A stretch of DNA of 64,000 nt, taken from Obrimoposthia wandeli. Taxonomy: Eukaryota. The position numbers and the translations under genes are program-made. A model generated the notes under the pieces. That model did no database searches. It was given only the letters and a program-made list of their open reading frames with translations, and was not told the DNA's origin. The stretch lies in the NCBI GenBank assembly GCA_977020255.1, contig CDROCS010003952.1, positions 1-64,000 on the forward strand, read 5' to 3'. This document shows, in pieces, positions 1 through 12,270 of the stretch; positions within the stretch are counted from its first letter, which is position 1, and each line of letters begins with the position of its first letter.

Positions 1-146
1 TCAATGTAAGAAGGTTGATATGTACCGTTCTCTACTATGATGACCAATACATCTTCGCCTAATGCTGCCTGCTTAGGTTTGTATAACCAAAACCACCAAA
101 CAATGGCTGCAATGAGTAAGACCCCTGCAATATTGACTAACATCAT
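1..146 (-). CDS. Small membrane-anchored cupredoxin-domain protein, partial (runs off window start), downstream of copA
   Basis: Own translation: MMLVNIAGVLLIAAIVWWFWLYKPKQAALGEDVLVIIVENGTYQPSYI...; RBS AGGAAAT upstream; this N-terminus is typical of small cupredoxin genes beside copA. Not in the ORF track. Confidence 0.7.
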   Translation of the reverse strand, partial: MMLVNIAGVLLIAAIVWWFWLYKPKQAALGEDVLVIIVENGTYQPSYI

Positions 147-177
147 AATTATTTCCTTATGTTTTGGTGTAGTTCTG

Positions 178-2442
178 TTAATGTTCAGTCGGTTTAAACA
201 AACGTAAGCGGTTGGCATTTGTTACTACGGTTAATGACGAAAAGGCCATCGCAGCGCCCGCGATAACAGGATTGAGTAACAAGCCGAAGAACGGATATAG
301 GATCCCAGCAGCAAAGGGCACGCCTGCCACGTTGTAGATGAAGGCGCCAAACAGGTTTTGTTTTATATTACGCAGTGTCGCCTTACTTACTGCAATCGCA
401 TCGGCGAGCCCGTGTAACGACCCCCGCATCAAGGTAATATCGGCACTTTCAATGGCGACATCAGTGCCGGTGCCAATGGCAAAACCGACATTGGCTAGCG
501 CGAGCGCTGGCGCATCATTAATGCCATCTCCGGTCATGCCCACGATTTCATTTTCCATCTGCAGCGCTGCAATTTTTTTGGCTTTGTCTTCGGGCAGGAC
601 TTCGGCAAAGAACTCGGTAATGCCAACTTTTTTAGCGACAGCTGCGGCAGTTTCATTGTTGTCACCGGTTAACATGATGACTCGTATGTTATTACGCTGC
701 AGGCGTTTGATTGCTTCGATGGAATCAGCTTTGATCGGATCTGCGACTGCAATGATGGCGGCTAATGTGTTATTGACTGCAAAATACATCGGGGTTTTGG
801 CTTCCTTTGCCAGTGTCTGCGCTTTTATAAGGTATGCCGAGATGTCGATATTCCGCTCCTGCATTAGTTTCTGGTTACCGAATAATAACTCTTGACCCCC
901 ACAGTTGGCTTCGACACCGAGCCCTGCAATCGCGTTAAAACCGTCAATTTTTTTTAGTTCGATGTCTTTCTCAAGTGCAGATTCAACAATGGCTTGGGCC
1001 AGCGGGTGTTCAGATCCTGCTTCTAGGCTGGCGGCTAATTGCAACACCGTCTGTTCGTTGTCAGCATTGGCTAAACAGATATCTGTTACTGTCGGTGCGC
1101 CTTTAGTGATTGTACCTGTCTTATCTAATACCATGGCGGTGATCTTCGATGCTGTCTGCAGGGCTTCGCCATTTCGGATCAAAACACCTGCTTCCGCGGC
1201 TTTACCGACACCGACCATGACCGACATTGGCGTGGCGAGGCCAAGGGCACAGGGACAGGCAATAATCAATACAGTGGTCGCGGACACAATGGCGAATGCA
1301 ACCGTAGGGTCGGGGCCAAAGTTAAGCCAGACTAACGCACTCACGATGGCTATTATCATGACTGCTGGCACAAAGTAGGCCGAAATAACATCCGCTAGAC
1401 GGCCAATCGGTGGCTTAGAGTTTTGCGCTCGTTTAACCATATTAATGATCTGCGCCAGTGCCGTATCTTTGCCTACTCTGGTCGCTTTAAAAATAATGGA
1501 GCCGGTCTTGTTTATTGTGCCAGCGACAACCTCATCGAGCTCGGATTTTTCCACTGGCATGGGTTCACCTGTCAGCATTGATTCATCAATCGCGGTATGT
1601 CCCTCGACGACGATACCATCGACCGGTATTTTTTCACCGGGGCGGACTCTTACCACATCATTTAATAAAACCTGGGCGATCTCGATATCAATTTCTTTGT
1701 TGTCTCTTATCACTTTAGCGGTCTTGGCATGCAAGCCAATAAGCCGCTTGATAGCTTCGGAGGTTTTTCCGCGTGCTTTGACCTCTAACGCCAGGCCAAG
1801 GTTGATTAAACCGATGATCATCGCGGTGGCTTCAAAATAAACATGCCGCGCCATTAAGGGAATGGCATCGGGAGCAAACACCACAACCATGGAATATAAC
1901 CAGGCGGTTCCTGTCCCTAAAGCGATGAGCGTATCCATGTTGGCAGAATGATTTTTAAAACTGTGCCAAGCACCCACATAGAAATGTTTACCGGAAAAAT
2001 ACATGACGCCTAACGTCAATAGGCCGACAACCAACCAGGCTATTCGTTCGCCGGTAGTGGTGACTGTCATTTCACCACCGACCAGGCTGTAAATCATCAA
2101 CGGCACACCCAGTAATAAGGCAACGGTCATATCCCGCATCAGGCGTTGATAATAAGCCCATTCTGCTTTTTCTTTTTCATCCAGCGCATCCTCTGCAGAA
2201 CTTTCTTCCAGGATCTTGGCGTTGTAACCGGCGCTTTCAACTGCTGTTATCAATTGTCGGTTAAAAAACGGTAAGTCTTGGTCGGTATGCGTTGTCACCA
2301 TGACCGTTCTGTCGGCAAAGTTCATCTCTGCGGTGTTCACGCCCATGACCTGGATGAGCGCCGTTTCAATTTTGCTAACACAACTGGCACAACTGGCACC
2401 GTCAACAATTAATTGAACCGTTTGTGAGACATTTTGATCCAT
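178..2442 (-). CDS. copA: Copper-translocating P1B-type ATPase
   Basis: N-terminal HMA motif GASCASC, TGE(P), intramembrane [26 protein letters not shown]...P and MAFSS Cu(I)-ATPase signatures. Confidence 0.97.
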   Translation of the reverse strand: MDQNVSQTVQLIVDGASCASCVSKIETALIQVMGVNTAEMNFADRTVMVTTHTDQDLPFFNRQLITAVESAGYNAKILEESSAEDALDEKEKAEWAYYQRLMRDMTVALLLGVPLMIYSLVGGEMTVTTTGERIAWLVVGLLTLGVMYFSGKHFYVGAWHSFKNHSANMDTLIALGTGTAWLYSMVVVFAPDAIPLMARHVYFEATAMIIGLINLGLALEVKARGKTSEAIKRLIGLHAKTAKVIRDNKEIDIEIAQVLLNDVVRVRPGEKIPVDGIVVEGHTAIDESMLTGEPMPVEKSELDEVVAGTINKTGSIIFKATRVGKDTALAQIINMVKRAQNSKPPIGRLADVISAYFVPAVMIIAIVSALVWLNFGPDPTVAFAIVSATTVLIIACPCALGLATPMSVMVGVGKAAEAGVLIRNGEALQTASKITAMVLDKTGTITKGAPTVTDICLANADNEQTVLQLAASLEAGSEHPLAQAIVESALEKDIELKKIDGFNAIAGLGVEANCGGQELLFGNQKLMQERNIDISAYLIKAQTLAKEAKTPMYFAVNNTLAAIIAVADPIKADSIEAIKRLQRNNIRVIMLTGDNNETAAAVAKKVGITEFFAEVLPEDKAKKIAALQMENEIVGMTGDGINDAPALALANVGFAIGTGTDVAIESADITLMRGSLHGLADAIAVSKATLRNIKQNLFGAFIYNVAGVPFAAGILYPFFGLLLNPVIAGAAMAFSSLTVVTNANRLRLFKPTEH

Positions 2443-2543
2443 TTTTTATTTCCTTATTGATTGCTGTTTCGTTGACGTTATCAATGTAGGTTTGACTTAA
2501 TCATGTCGTTATTTAAAAGTTGCGCTTTAATCATAGCTTTCAA

Positions 2544-2583
2544 ACCTGACTCGGGGGTGTCAGGATTATGACAAATATGACAG
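2544..2583 (-). promoter_or_regulatory. Candidate copA operator region: dyad CCTGAC-N8-GTCAGG plus weak CusR-like box ATGACAAATATGACAG (2568-2583)
   Basis: Seen in sequence 100-140 bp upstream of the copA start; -10-like TATGAT on the minus strand just downstream. Regulator identity is inference. Confidence 0.4.
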
Positions 2584-2815
2584 CTTCAAATGAGAGTGGT
2601 GATTTTAAAGTTCTTATCATCCAAAATAGATTGTGATACATGACGCCGACATTTGGGCGCTATAGCGCTGTCCATCTGTGAAATTAAGGCGCAGAAGGGT
2701 GGTCCAAGGAGTAAAGTAGCAGGGTGTGTTTGAGAGTGCTTAACAGCACTAACCGCATCCCAAAAGGAGAACGGCTAGTTAACAACAGTATGTTGCAAAG
2801 GACTTATTACTTAAC

Positions 2816-3244
2816 TTACTTAGCGTGAGGCATTTGTTCTTGTGCTTGATGTTGCATCATCTGGTCCATCATCTGTCCCATCATGCCCATCTGGTTCTGT
2901 AACATATCCATACGCATTTCCATTTGGGTACTATTTACTGTGTTTTTGCCACCATGCATCATCGTACGCATGCCTTTCTGCATTTCATCCATATGCTTTT
3001 GCATCAATTTGTTACGTTGACTTTGGTCGTTCGTTTCCTTGATTTTTGCCATGGTATGATTCATCGCTTGTACATTTTTTTGCATAGCAGCCATCTGATC
3101 CTGCCCCATCATGCTTGAATTCATTTTATTTCCCTCTTTATTGGACTGGTGACCGTGATCATTAGCCCAAGCGATGGGGAAAAGGCTGGTCAGAGAACCA
3201 ATAAACAGAGTGGCTAATAGAAGATTATTTTTCATTTTTGACAC
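2816..3244 (-). CDS. Secreted Met/His-rich helical protein, putative periplasmic Cu/Ag sponge
   Basis: Signal peptide (..IAWA|NDHGH); 27 Met in 142 aa by my count; lies in the copper cluster. Confidence 0.7.
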   Translation of the reverse strand: MSKMKNNLLLATLFIGSLTSLFPIAWANDHGHQSNKEGNKMNSSMMGQDQMAAMQKNVQAMNHTMAKIKETNDQSQRNKLMQKHMDEMQKGMRTMMHGGKNTVNSTQMEMRMDMLQNQMGMMGQMMDQMMQHQAQEQMPHAK

Positions 3245-3403
3245 CTTAATATATTAAGTTGCTTGATGGATTGGTAGCCGTATTACCGATTGTTACTACG
3301 GATTGCGCTTGCAGGCCTGAGAGTCGTGTGAGCCTAGCTAGATAGTAGGACAGGATATAAATTCCCGCCAATGACTGATAGCGCTATTAAGATGTTTTAT
3401 GAG

Positions 3404-3419
3404 ATTACAGAATTGTAAT
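3404..3419. promoter_or_regulatory. CusR/CopR-type box ATTACAGAATTGTAAT
   Basis: Palindromic ATTACA-N4-TGTAAT between the divergent Met-rich gene and cupredoxin gene; resembles known Cus/Cop boxes (ATGACA-N4-TGTCAT). Confidence 0.7.
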
Positions 3420-3529
3420 ATTCAAGATAGTTCTTTGTCAGTTTGGCCTGCTAAATTGCTATTTAGATGATATTTTATTGCAGCGTTAAACTATTCTTAT
3501 AGAATTCAAATAATGAAAGGACTAAATTG

Positions 3530-4102
3530 ATGACTAAAACACTATTAAGTATTGTTATCGGTAGTGCATTCGCCACTGTTGGTTATGTTAGTGCAGCCCC
3601 TGACCATAAAGACATGGGACATGGTAATGACAGTAACACTTTGCAGGAACAACATAAATCTATGGCTGGAATGGACCATGGGAAAATGCAGGGAACCGGC
3701 GGTTCTGCACATGGTTCAGAGGCAAACCTTGCTGGTGAACCTGGCAAAGATCGTGATGTTTCTCGAATTATCACTGTTATTGCAGATGATACAATGCGCT
3801 TTTTTCATGAACCACTAAATGTAAAAAAAGGTGAAACAATTAAGTTTGTTGTTACCAATAACGGCACAACGACACACGAATTCACTATCGCAACGAAAGA
3901 TGACCAGAAAAAACATGGTAAGATGATGATGAATAACGCAGCTATGCACCATGGACCTGGAGGCAATTCAATTACCATTCAGCCAAACGAATCCATGACG
4001 CTCACATGGAAATTTGGGCATGCAGAGCAAATTGAAGCGGCCTGTAATATCCCCGGGCATTACCAAGCTGGGATGTATAGTTCGATTGATGTTTCTAGTT
4101 AG
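3530..4102 (+). CDS. Periplasmic cupredoxin (CopI-like / plastocyanin-azurin family) with His/Met-rich N-terminal linker
   Basis: Signal peptide, HEF motif and C-terminal C-x-I-P-G-H-x2-A-G-M type-1 copper site; ATG at 3530 preferred over TTG at 3527. Confidence 0.88.
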   Translation: MTKTLLSIVIGSAFATVGYVSAAPDHKDMGHGNDSNTLQEQHKSMAGMDHGKMQGTGGSAHGSEANLAGEPGKDRDVSRIITVIADDTMRFFHEPLNVKKGETIKFVVTNNGTTTHEFTIATKDDQKKHGKMMMNNAAMHHGPGGNSITIQPNESMTLTWKFGHAEQIEAACNIPGHYQAGMYSSIDVSS

Positions 4103-4135
4103 CTGGTCGTGTATCGTTAAGTCTTTATATGAGCA

Positions 4136-5491
4136 CTATAACGATATATCTCTTGTTTTAGATAAACGAATGAAAAATTGTGTATTACCTTGTGTTGACT
4201 CGACCCAAATTTGACCGCCAAGTGCATTGACTAACGCCTTTGATAGGGTTAAACCGATCCCGATATTAACGGTTGAATTATCATTGCAGGTGAAATTACG
4301 TTCGAATAAGTGTTTACAGTCATCTGCAGGAATCGTTTTTCCGGCATTGGATACGGAGAGTTGGATATTTTCATTTTCCTCGCTAATGTCGATCATTATC
4401 TTACTATTGTCATTCGCATGGCGGACTGCATTTGATAGCAAGTTACCTATGATTCGGCGTAATAGCGCACTATCAGTGTCTAGTTCAGCCTGACCGTGGA
4501 TCACGATATCGACATTTTTTTCATCTGCAAGTAATTGAAAATATTCTGCAAGCTTACAGGATAGTTCGTATACATTGACCATTTCACTATTGATCGTGAG
4601 CTGCTCGCTTTCTGCTTTTGCCATAAGTAGGACATCTGTTACTGTCTTAGATAGGAACTCTAATTCTTCGATGTTGCACTCAAGAGTGTCTTGGTATTCA
4701 AGAGCGCTTCTTTCACCTTGCAACATACACTGATTCCTCACCGTCATTGATGCCAGTGGCGTTCTTAATTCATGGGCGAGATTTGCTGCATAAAAAGATA
4801 ATTGATCGAAAGAGCTTTTTAACCGCTTGAGCATCAGATTGAAGACCTGAATCGATGGTTGCATCTCTTGGGGATATTCAGCCGGATCAAGCCTAGTTGA
4901 AAGGGTGTTCACGTCTATTTTGCTGGTTTCAACACTGAATTTACGGATCGGAGACAAACTATACCAAGCAATAAAAGCCCCTATGAGGCTAAGTACAAAG
5001 CACATCAGACCCATGCTTAAGATCATATTTTTAGTCGAGCGACCTAAGAATTCGGCATGATTACTGACATCTCTTATCACGATTAAACGAAATGACTCAC
5101 CGTCGGTCTTTGTGGTTATGCTCGCGATACCTTTATAATGAACCATGCCATTCTGCCAAGTCACCAACTGGCCTAGAACACCATTACGTAGTTTAGCTGG
5201 AATAACAATGCCCTGAGATGATGATGGGATTAATTGACCGGTTTTGTCGACGCCCAAAACCGATGTGTCTGGATGATCGTCAAGGATAGTACTTAAAACG
5301 AGTTCTTTATTGCTAGCACTATCATTTATAGCCTTAATGACCATGTCACTTTTATTGAAAATGTATTGCTTATCCATATCATTGAAGTGTTGGTTACTGA
5401 ACCACCAAAAAGATGCAATCGCAGAGCCTATGATAAGAAAGTAGCTGAGCGTAAAGTGGACGGTTAATGTGGTGGCAATAGAACGTTTCAC
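4136..5491 (-). CDS. cusS: Heavy-metal sensor histidine kinase
   Basis: Two TM segments, HAMP, H-box [12 protein letters not shown]-box [13 protein letters not shown]; overlaps the cognate regulator by 4 nt. Confidence 0.85.
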   Translation of the reverse strand: MKRSIATTLTVHFTLSYFLIIGSAIASFWWFSNQHFNDMDKQYIFNKSDMVIKAINDSASNKELVLSTILDDHPDTSVLGVDKTGQLIPSSSQGIVIPAKLRNGVLGQLVTWQNGMVHYKGIASITTKTDGESFRLIVIRDVSNHAEFLGRSTKNMILSMGLMCFVLSLIGAFIAWYSLSPIRKFSVETSKIDVNTLSTRLDPAEYPQEMQPSIQVFNLMLKRLKSSFDQLSFYAANLAHELRTPLASMTVRNQCMLQGERSALEYQDTLECNIEELEFLSKTVTDVLLMAKAESEQLTINSEMVNVYELSCKLAEYFQLLADEKNVDIVIHGQAELDTDSALLRRIIGNLLSNAVRHANDNSKIMIDISEENENIQLSVSNAGKTIPADDCKHLFERNFTCNDNSTVNIGIGLTLSKALVNALGGQIWVESTQGNTQFFIRLSKTRDISL

Positions 5492-6162
5492 GACCTGAGT
5501 TCCAATACATACCCCATGCCCCTCACCGTATGGATCAGTGGCGATGAAAAACCATTATCTATCTTGTTTCGCAGGCGTTTGATCGCGACTTCAATGATAT
5601 TTGTGTCACTATCAAAATTGATGTCCCACACTTGACTGGCAATTTGAGATTTAGAAAGTACTTGCCCCTGCCGTGAAAGCAAAAATTCAAGTAAAGCGTA
5701 TTCTTTCGCGGTGAGATCTATGGTGTCTCCGCCTCTTTTTACTTTTCTTTTTAATAAATTAAACTCTAAGTCTCCGGCCGTCAGGGTTGAACCGTCTGTT
5801 GAGCCTTTGTCGCGTAACTGATTACGGATCCGCGCTAATAACTCACAGAAAGAAAAAGGTTTACTCATATAATCATCTGCGCCAAGCTCTAGTCCTTGAA
5901 CCCTATCGGCCACATCGTCACGCGCCGTCAGCATGATTACGGGTAAATACTTGGTTCTTAGGCGTAAACGTTTTAATACGTCCCAGCCGTTCATTCCCGG
6001 CAGCATTACATCTAATAAAACCAGATCATAATCGACTTCATCTGTTTGATGTAAGCCATCAATACCGTTATCAACTAGATCGACGCTAAAACCACTCTCG
6101 TCTAGCCCTTGTTTGAGATATTTACCTAGTTTAACTTCATCTTCGACAATAAGAATTTTCAT
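5488..6162 (-). CDS. cusR: Heavy-metal response regulator (OmpR family)
   Basis: MKILIVEDE..., [39 protein letters not shown] typical of CusR/CopR. Confidence 0.92.
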   Translation of the reverse strand: MKILIVEDEVKLGKYLKQGLDESGFSVDLVDNGIDGLHQTDEVDYDLVLLDVMLPGMNGWDVLKRLRLRTKYLPVIMLTARDDVADRVQGLELGADDYMSKPFSFCELLARIRNQLRDKGSTDGSTLTAGDLEFNLLKRKVKRGGDTIDLTAKEYALLEFLLSRQGQVLSKSQIASQVWDINFDSDTNIIEVAIKRLRNKIDNGFSSPLIHTVRGMGYVLELRS

Positions 6163-6335
6163 CAGCCTTCCATGCGAATTGTAACTGTGTTGTTAGATTG
6201 GTATTTCATTGTTATTTATCAAGAATAGATCATTGTTTTCTATAAGACTACATTGACACCGTGGACTCTTGTTGAGCTAATTATCACAAACTGGTAAAGA
6301 GTATAATACATTCATTACTGAAAACTGACAGGAGG

Positions 6336-6351
6336 ATTACAATTTTGTCAT
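6336..6351. promoter_or_regulatory. CusR/CopR-type box ATTACAATTTTGTCAT
   Basis: Near-consensus palindrome upstream of cusR. Confidence 0.7.
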
Positions 6352-6401
6352 TTTAACCTTGAAAGGTTGTTAATCACCTTGAGAACTAAGAATATTTAAA
6401 G

Positions 6402-6417
6402 CTGACAGAGTTGTAAT
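6402..6417. promoter_or_regulatory. CusR/CopR-type box CTGACAGAGTTGTAAT
   Basis: Second box 66 bp from the first, on the side of the DUF3047-mscS genes. Confidence 0.6.
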
Positions 6418-6711
6418 ATTGACGACATCCCTGTGACAGTTTAGGACGCTAGTATTCAAGGCGTACCGTTTAACAACATCAAAGTGAATAATATGAAAAA
6501 GGCAGTAATCGATAATCAACGAATACAACGGTCACTACGCCTATTTATATTATATGCCCACAAAATTACGGGATTTTGTATTATAAGTTACAGTACTGAT
6601 GGTCTTACTCCGCAAAAAAATAGCCAATGGTTCGAGGTCAATCGTCGCATTACCAGGTTGTCAGGCAAAGCGGGTATCGGTACTTAGAGCCATATATTAA
6701 GAGGTCCGGTT

Positions 6712-7365
6712 ATGTCGACACAATCATTTATTTTTGTATTTTCGCTTATTTTTAGCGCTGCGACACAGGCTGCTGTAGTTGATGATATTAGCGTGGCAAG
6801 ATTTTCAGCGAAAAGTCTAGACGGATGGGAAGTTAAAATTTTCAAAGGCAAAACGAGTTATGCATTAGTACCGCAGGACGGCACTATTGTACTTAAAGCG
6901 GATAGCAGTGGTAGCGCTTCGGGCTTAGGAAAGGAAATTAAAGTTAATATTAAAAAATATCCCTATTTGACATGGAGTTGGAAAGTTTCTAATAGGTTAG
7001 GTCCTATGAATGAAAGGAAAAAGTCAGGTGATGACTATGCGGCCAGAATATATATCATTGTTTCGGGAGGGCTCTTTTTTTGGAATACCAAAGCACTAAA
7101 CTATGTGTGGTCGAGCAACTTGCGCAAAGGTACGTCTTGGCCGAATGCTTTTGCTGGCAGCAATGCGCAAATGTACGCGGTCCGTTCTTTCGATGACCAG
7201 CTAGATACTTGGTATGAAGAAAAAAGGAATGTTTATGAAGATTTGAAACAAATGTTTGGTACAGAAATAAAATATATTGATGCTGTTGCATTGATGACAG
7301 ATACAGATAACGGCTCAGGAAATGCGGTTGCTTATTATGGCGATATCTCGTTCACTCAAAAATGA
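6712..7365 (+). CDS. DUF3047 family secreted protein
   Basis: Signal peptide; PYLTWSWKV, GDDYAARIY, ALNYVWSS, AVALMTDTDN motifs. Confidence 0.8.
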   Translation: MSTQSFIFVFSLIFSAATQAAVVDDISVARFSAKSLDGWEVKIFKGKTSYALVPQDGTIVLKADSSGSASGLGKEIKVNIKKYPYLTWSWKVSNRLGPMNERKKSGDDYAARIYIIVSGGLFFWNTKALNYVWSSNLRKGTSWPNAFAGSNAQMYAVRSFDDQLDTWYEEKRNVYEDLKQMFGTEIKYIDAVALMTDTDNGSGNAVAYYGDISFTQK

Positions 7366-7477
7366 CCCTTATAAGTTTAATTGAAAGATTTATCTGTCTA
7401 TATAAATGGTTATGTTTTTCGATGATCATGGGCACTGCCTATCATCAAATGTTGATACTCTAATTATCTACCAATAG

Positions 7478-9760
7478 TTGGTTATTACTATGCCCAAGGT
7501 TGCTCTTTCAAACGTTTTTAGCCGTAAAATTTTCGCCACATTATTTATTTTAATGAGTTTGATGCTGAGTTATTCAAGTTTTTCTTATGCGTATGGTGGT
7601 GATTTTTTCAAGCAACAAAGTCCTGTGGTACACAGTGACGCTAGTCAAAATAGTCTGAACGTAAATAAGCTTGATATTAATGCTTTAGATGGTGATTACA
7701 GATATAAAAATGTTGATATGGCTAGGTTCATTTTTTTAATAGATGCAAAAAATAGAAAGGATCAGTTGCTAACGAGCTTAGAGCGTTGGCCTGAGCATCA
7801 AGACAAATTGATAAATAATTTAACTAATGGCCAAGGTTTGGAACGATTATCTTCACTGTTTAGTATTTTTGTATTAATGCTTGTTTCTGGGATTGTTGTT
7901 GAGCGGGTTGCCAGTGTAAAAATGGACACTTTTTCAGAACAGGTAGCTGAAGAGAAGGGAAGTAGCTTTAGGGATAATCTTGATTATTTATTGATGCGTG
8001 GTATTTTCCAGTATGTGGGTATTGGTATTTTCGCGGTCACTGCTGCGCTTATCTCTCTCTATCATTATGGTGACACGGATCCTTTCCGTTTATTAAGCCT
8101 CCACGCACTCGTGCTCATTGTAAAAATACGTGCATTAATGATTTTACTGCGATTGATTTTAGCGCCTTATGCTAAAGGTAATCGGTTGTTTAAAATTAAT
8201 TGTGAATCTGCCAGCCGTCTGTATTGGTCGACCCTTATTTTCATGGCTACCTACCTTGTTATTACTACATTTTGGCATTTTCTCGTATTGCTTTCGCTCG
8301 ATACAATTTTATTTGCATTAATTATCCCTTCGACTGGTATGATTTTAAATATTTTATCGATTGCCTTTATTTGGTTTAATCGTTCAACCATTGAAGCCAT
8401 GTTTATCGATGCAAAAGAAACGAGCTCAGCATTCACGCGTTTTTTACGTCAAACTTGGGCGATGATTTTAACCATTTGGTTATTTATCGCTTGGGTCTTT
8501 TGGGCAACATTCGAGTTCTTGGGCTATTATGAGCAAGCTAACCACGTTAACCCAATCTGGTGGCTGACCTTTACTGTTCCAATGTTAGACCGATTAATTT
8601 TTGTTATTCTAAGCCAATTAAAACGTACCACTTGGTTACAAAGTCATTCTTATGAAATTCGTTGTGATAAATTTATCCGCCGAGTGATGATTGCATTAAG
8701 AATTCTGTTTGTGGCTGTTATTTTTTATCACATTGATGCCGGCTTTGATCATCATGCGTGGGAAAAATTCAGGAATAGTCTTGGCGGCTTTATCCAAATG
8801 TTTGTTGATATTATTGTTGTCATTATTTTGGGTTATGCGATTTGGGAAGTTATTCAATCTGCTATAGAGCGTCACCTTCCTTATGATATGGTTTACCCAA
8901 GTAATGATAATGGTACATCAACGCTAGATGGTGAAGGGGGTGGTACAGGTGCTTCTCGTTCTGAAACACTATTACCTTTAGTGCGTTCATTTTTATTGAT
9001 GCTTTTGTTCTCTTGTGTGCTGCTACTTATACTGAATATTATTGGTGTTGAAATTGCGCCACTGCTTGCTGGTGCTGGTATCGTTGGTATTGCGGTCGGT
9101 TTTGGTGCGCAAAAGTTAGTACAGGATGTTATTTCGGGAATATTCTTTTTACTTGATGATGCATTCCGTAGTGGTGAGTATATTGAAGCGGCAAGTTTAC
9201 GCGGAACTGTTGAGCGTATTTCTATTCGTTCTATTACTTTACGTCATCACCTTGGTGCCGTGCAGACTATTCCTTTCAGTGAAATTGCCACCGTGCGAAA
9301 CTTATCACGTGACTGGATAACGAAGAAGCTTGAGTTCCGTTTGGATTATCGGATTGATGTTGAAAAGGTACGTAAGTTAATTAAGAAAGTCGGTCAACAA
9401 ATGCTATTACACCCAGAATACGGACAACATTTTATATTGCCGTTAAAATCACAAGGGGTGATCCGGGTTGAAGAATCTGCACTCATATTCCGGATGAAGT
9501 TTACTTGTATACCTGGCGAACAGTGGGTTATTCGTCGAGAAGCATTCAGACTCGTACAAGAATCATTAAAAACCAATGGAATCGAATTTGCTCATCGTTC
9601 TGTACATGTATTGACACAGAATAGTGAGAAAAATAAAGAACCCCTTAAAGATATCATCGAACAAAAAGATGAATTAGTTGAAACGTTGGGAGCTGTTGCT
9701 GCATTAAGTGTATCTGCTGAGATCAAAAAGAATGACAAAATAGATTCAGATTATGACTGA
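7478..9760 (+). CDS. Large MscS-family mechanosensitive channel
   Basis: Multiple TM helices, then PLLAGAGIVGIAVGFGAQKLVQD..SG, FRSGEYI, GTVERISIRS; start may be ATG 7490. Confidence 0.88.
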   Translation: MVITMPKVALSNVFSRKIFATLFILMSLMLSYSSFSYAYGGDFFKQQSPVVHSDASQNSLNVNKLDINALDGDYRYKNVDMARFIFLIDAKNRKDQLLTSLERWPEHQDKLINNLTNGQGLERLSSLFSIFVLMLVSGIVVERVASVKMDTFSEQVAEEKGSSFRDNLDYLLMRGIFQYVGIGIFAVTAALISLYHYGDTDPFRLLSLHALVLIVKIRALMILLRLILAPYAKGNRLFKINCESASRLYWSTLIFMATYLVITTFWHFLVLLSLDTILFALIIPSTGMILNILSIAFIWFNRSTIEAMFIDAKETSSAFTRFLRQTWAMILTIWLFIAWVFWATFEFLGYYEQANHVNPIWWLTFTVPMLDRLIFVILSQLKRTTWLQSHSYEIRCDKFIRRVMIALRILFVAVIFYHIDAGFDHHAWEKFRNSLGGFIQMFVDIIVVIILGYAIWEVIQSAIERHLPYDMVYPSNDNGTSTLDGEGGGTGASRSETLLPLVRSFLLMLLFSCVLLLILNIIGVEIAPLLAGAGIVGIAVGFGAQKLVQDVISGIFFLLDDAFRSGEYIEAASLRGTVERISIRSITLRHHLGAVQTIPFSEIATVRNLSRDWITKKLEFRLDYRIDVEKVRKLIKKVGQQMLLHPEYGQHFILPLKSQGVIRVEESALIFRMKFTCIPGEQWVIRREAFRLVQESLKTNGIEFAHRSVHVLTQNSEKNKEPLKDIIEQKDELVETLGAVAALSVSAEIKKNDKIDSDYD

Positions 9761-10369
9761 CAAAATGTTGTTAAAAAAAGTTTGGCATACCTAATCAGTT
9801 AAAGTCTTGTAACATGGCCGTTATCGATAGTTATATAGTTGCAGGACATTTTCCAGAACAAAACCTTATCTGAATAACTATAAATAGAAATGTATTCTAA
9901 CAAGGTTTTGTCTATAAATGGTTTAGGATGCTCGATCTAAGCTTTGTGAACAATACATGAATCATGTTAGTGACAACTTATGAACGTAGATAATTTATAT
10001 GTTACTTAATCGGGGAATGGGGAGTTGGATAGGTATTTTCTGGTTCTGTAGCTTCGAATTACCGATTAAACAATTTACCCATTAAAGAATGTTCAGGTTT
10101 AACTGTTCATCAATCCAAGCTGATTACTAGGGTCTTTCTTAGTCTATGTTAAAGACACGCTAAATCGCTTGGGTTGAATCACAGGTGTTTTGCATCAGTC
10201 AGTACTAAAAAGAAAATCTTACGCCTATCCCAGCGATTGAAGAGTCCACATCGGTATCAAATACAAGGTATTCTGCATAAATATCAATTGTATCTAAAAC
10301 ATCGATGCTAGCACCAATACCGCCGAATATCTCTTTGAAGTGGTAGAGTGATTTTGGCCACCTAACTAG

Positions 10370-11587
<1,218 letters not shown>

Positions 11588-12270
11588 CCACTTCACTTCG
11601 CCATCAGCATCATCTTTCGATGAACCCACCTCAACATCAATATTAACTAAAGCGACACCTAATTTTGCATAAACCTCAAAAAATGGCTCTATTGGTAGGT
11701 AACCAACACCTGCTAGCGTAAAGGCTGATGCATCAATATCATAATTAGTATTTGCTACTGTGCCACTATAACCACCAAGGTCGTAATAACCCAGTTCGGC
11801 TGCAACCATAAAAACATTAGAGTCGATGAGGGTATAGCCGACGAATAAACCAGGTACAACGTCGTCGTCATTGAAGCCACCTTCTTCTACATTGGTCTGA
11901 TACATACCAGCGCCAATATACAAACCATCTGCATGCGGCAGAGAAGGACTGTTGGCCGCGAGGATAAAGGTGGTCATTGCTATTAATTGAGGGGATTTAT
12001 TCATGTAAGCTTCTGTCTATATATCGACTTTAATTACGTTAGTCTTCCAAAACCTCTTACAAGCATTATGTTCTCCAACTTTCCTTTCACTTCATTTCAG
12101 TGAATCATTATGGATGTAGAGCATTTATATGTGATTGAATAGGGGGTAGGATCTGGTATGACGGAAACATAATGCAGCTATTAGTATTACGGCGAGGGAT
12201 TAAGATGCGTGGTTTAGACTGTGGACGAGAAGAGTCCCCTTGCTAGGAGGACTTTTATTTTAACTATTGA

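Noticed and set aside
338-1840. Plus-strand ORFs antisense to copA, and similar antisense ORFs over cusA, amtB, gltB, torS
   Set aside because: Shadow ORFs of strongly supported genes, with no recognisable motifs.
6484-6687. 67-aa ORF between cusR and DUF3047 (RSLRLFILYAHKITG faintly recalls PepSY-TM N-termini)
   Set aside because: Resemblance needs several assumed indels; no supportable homology.
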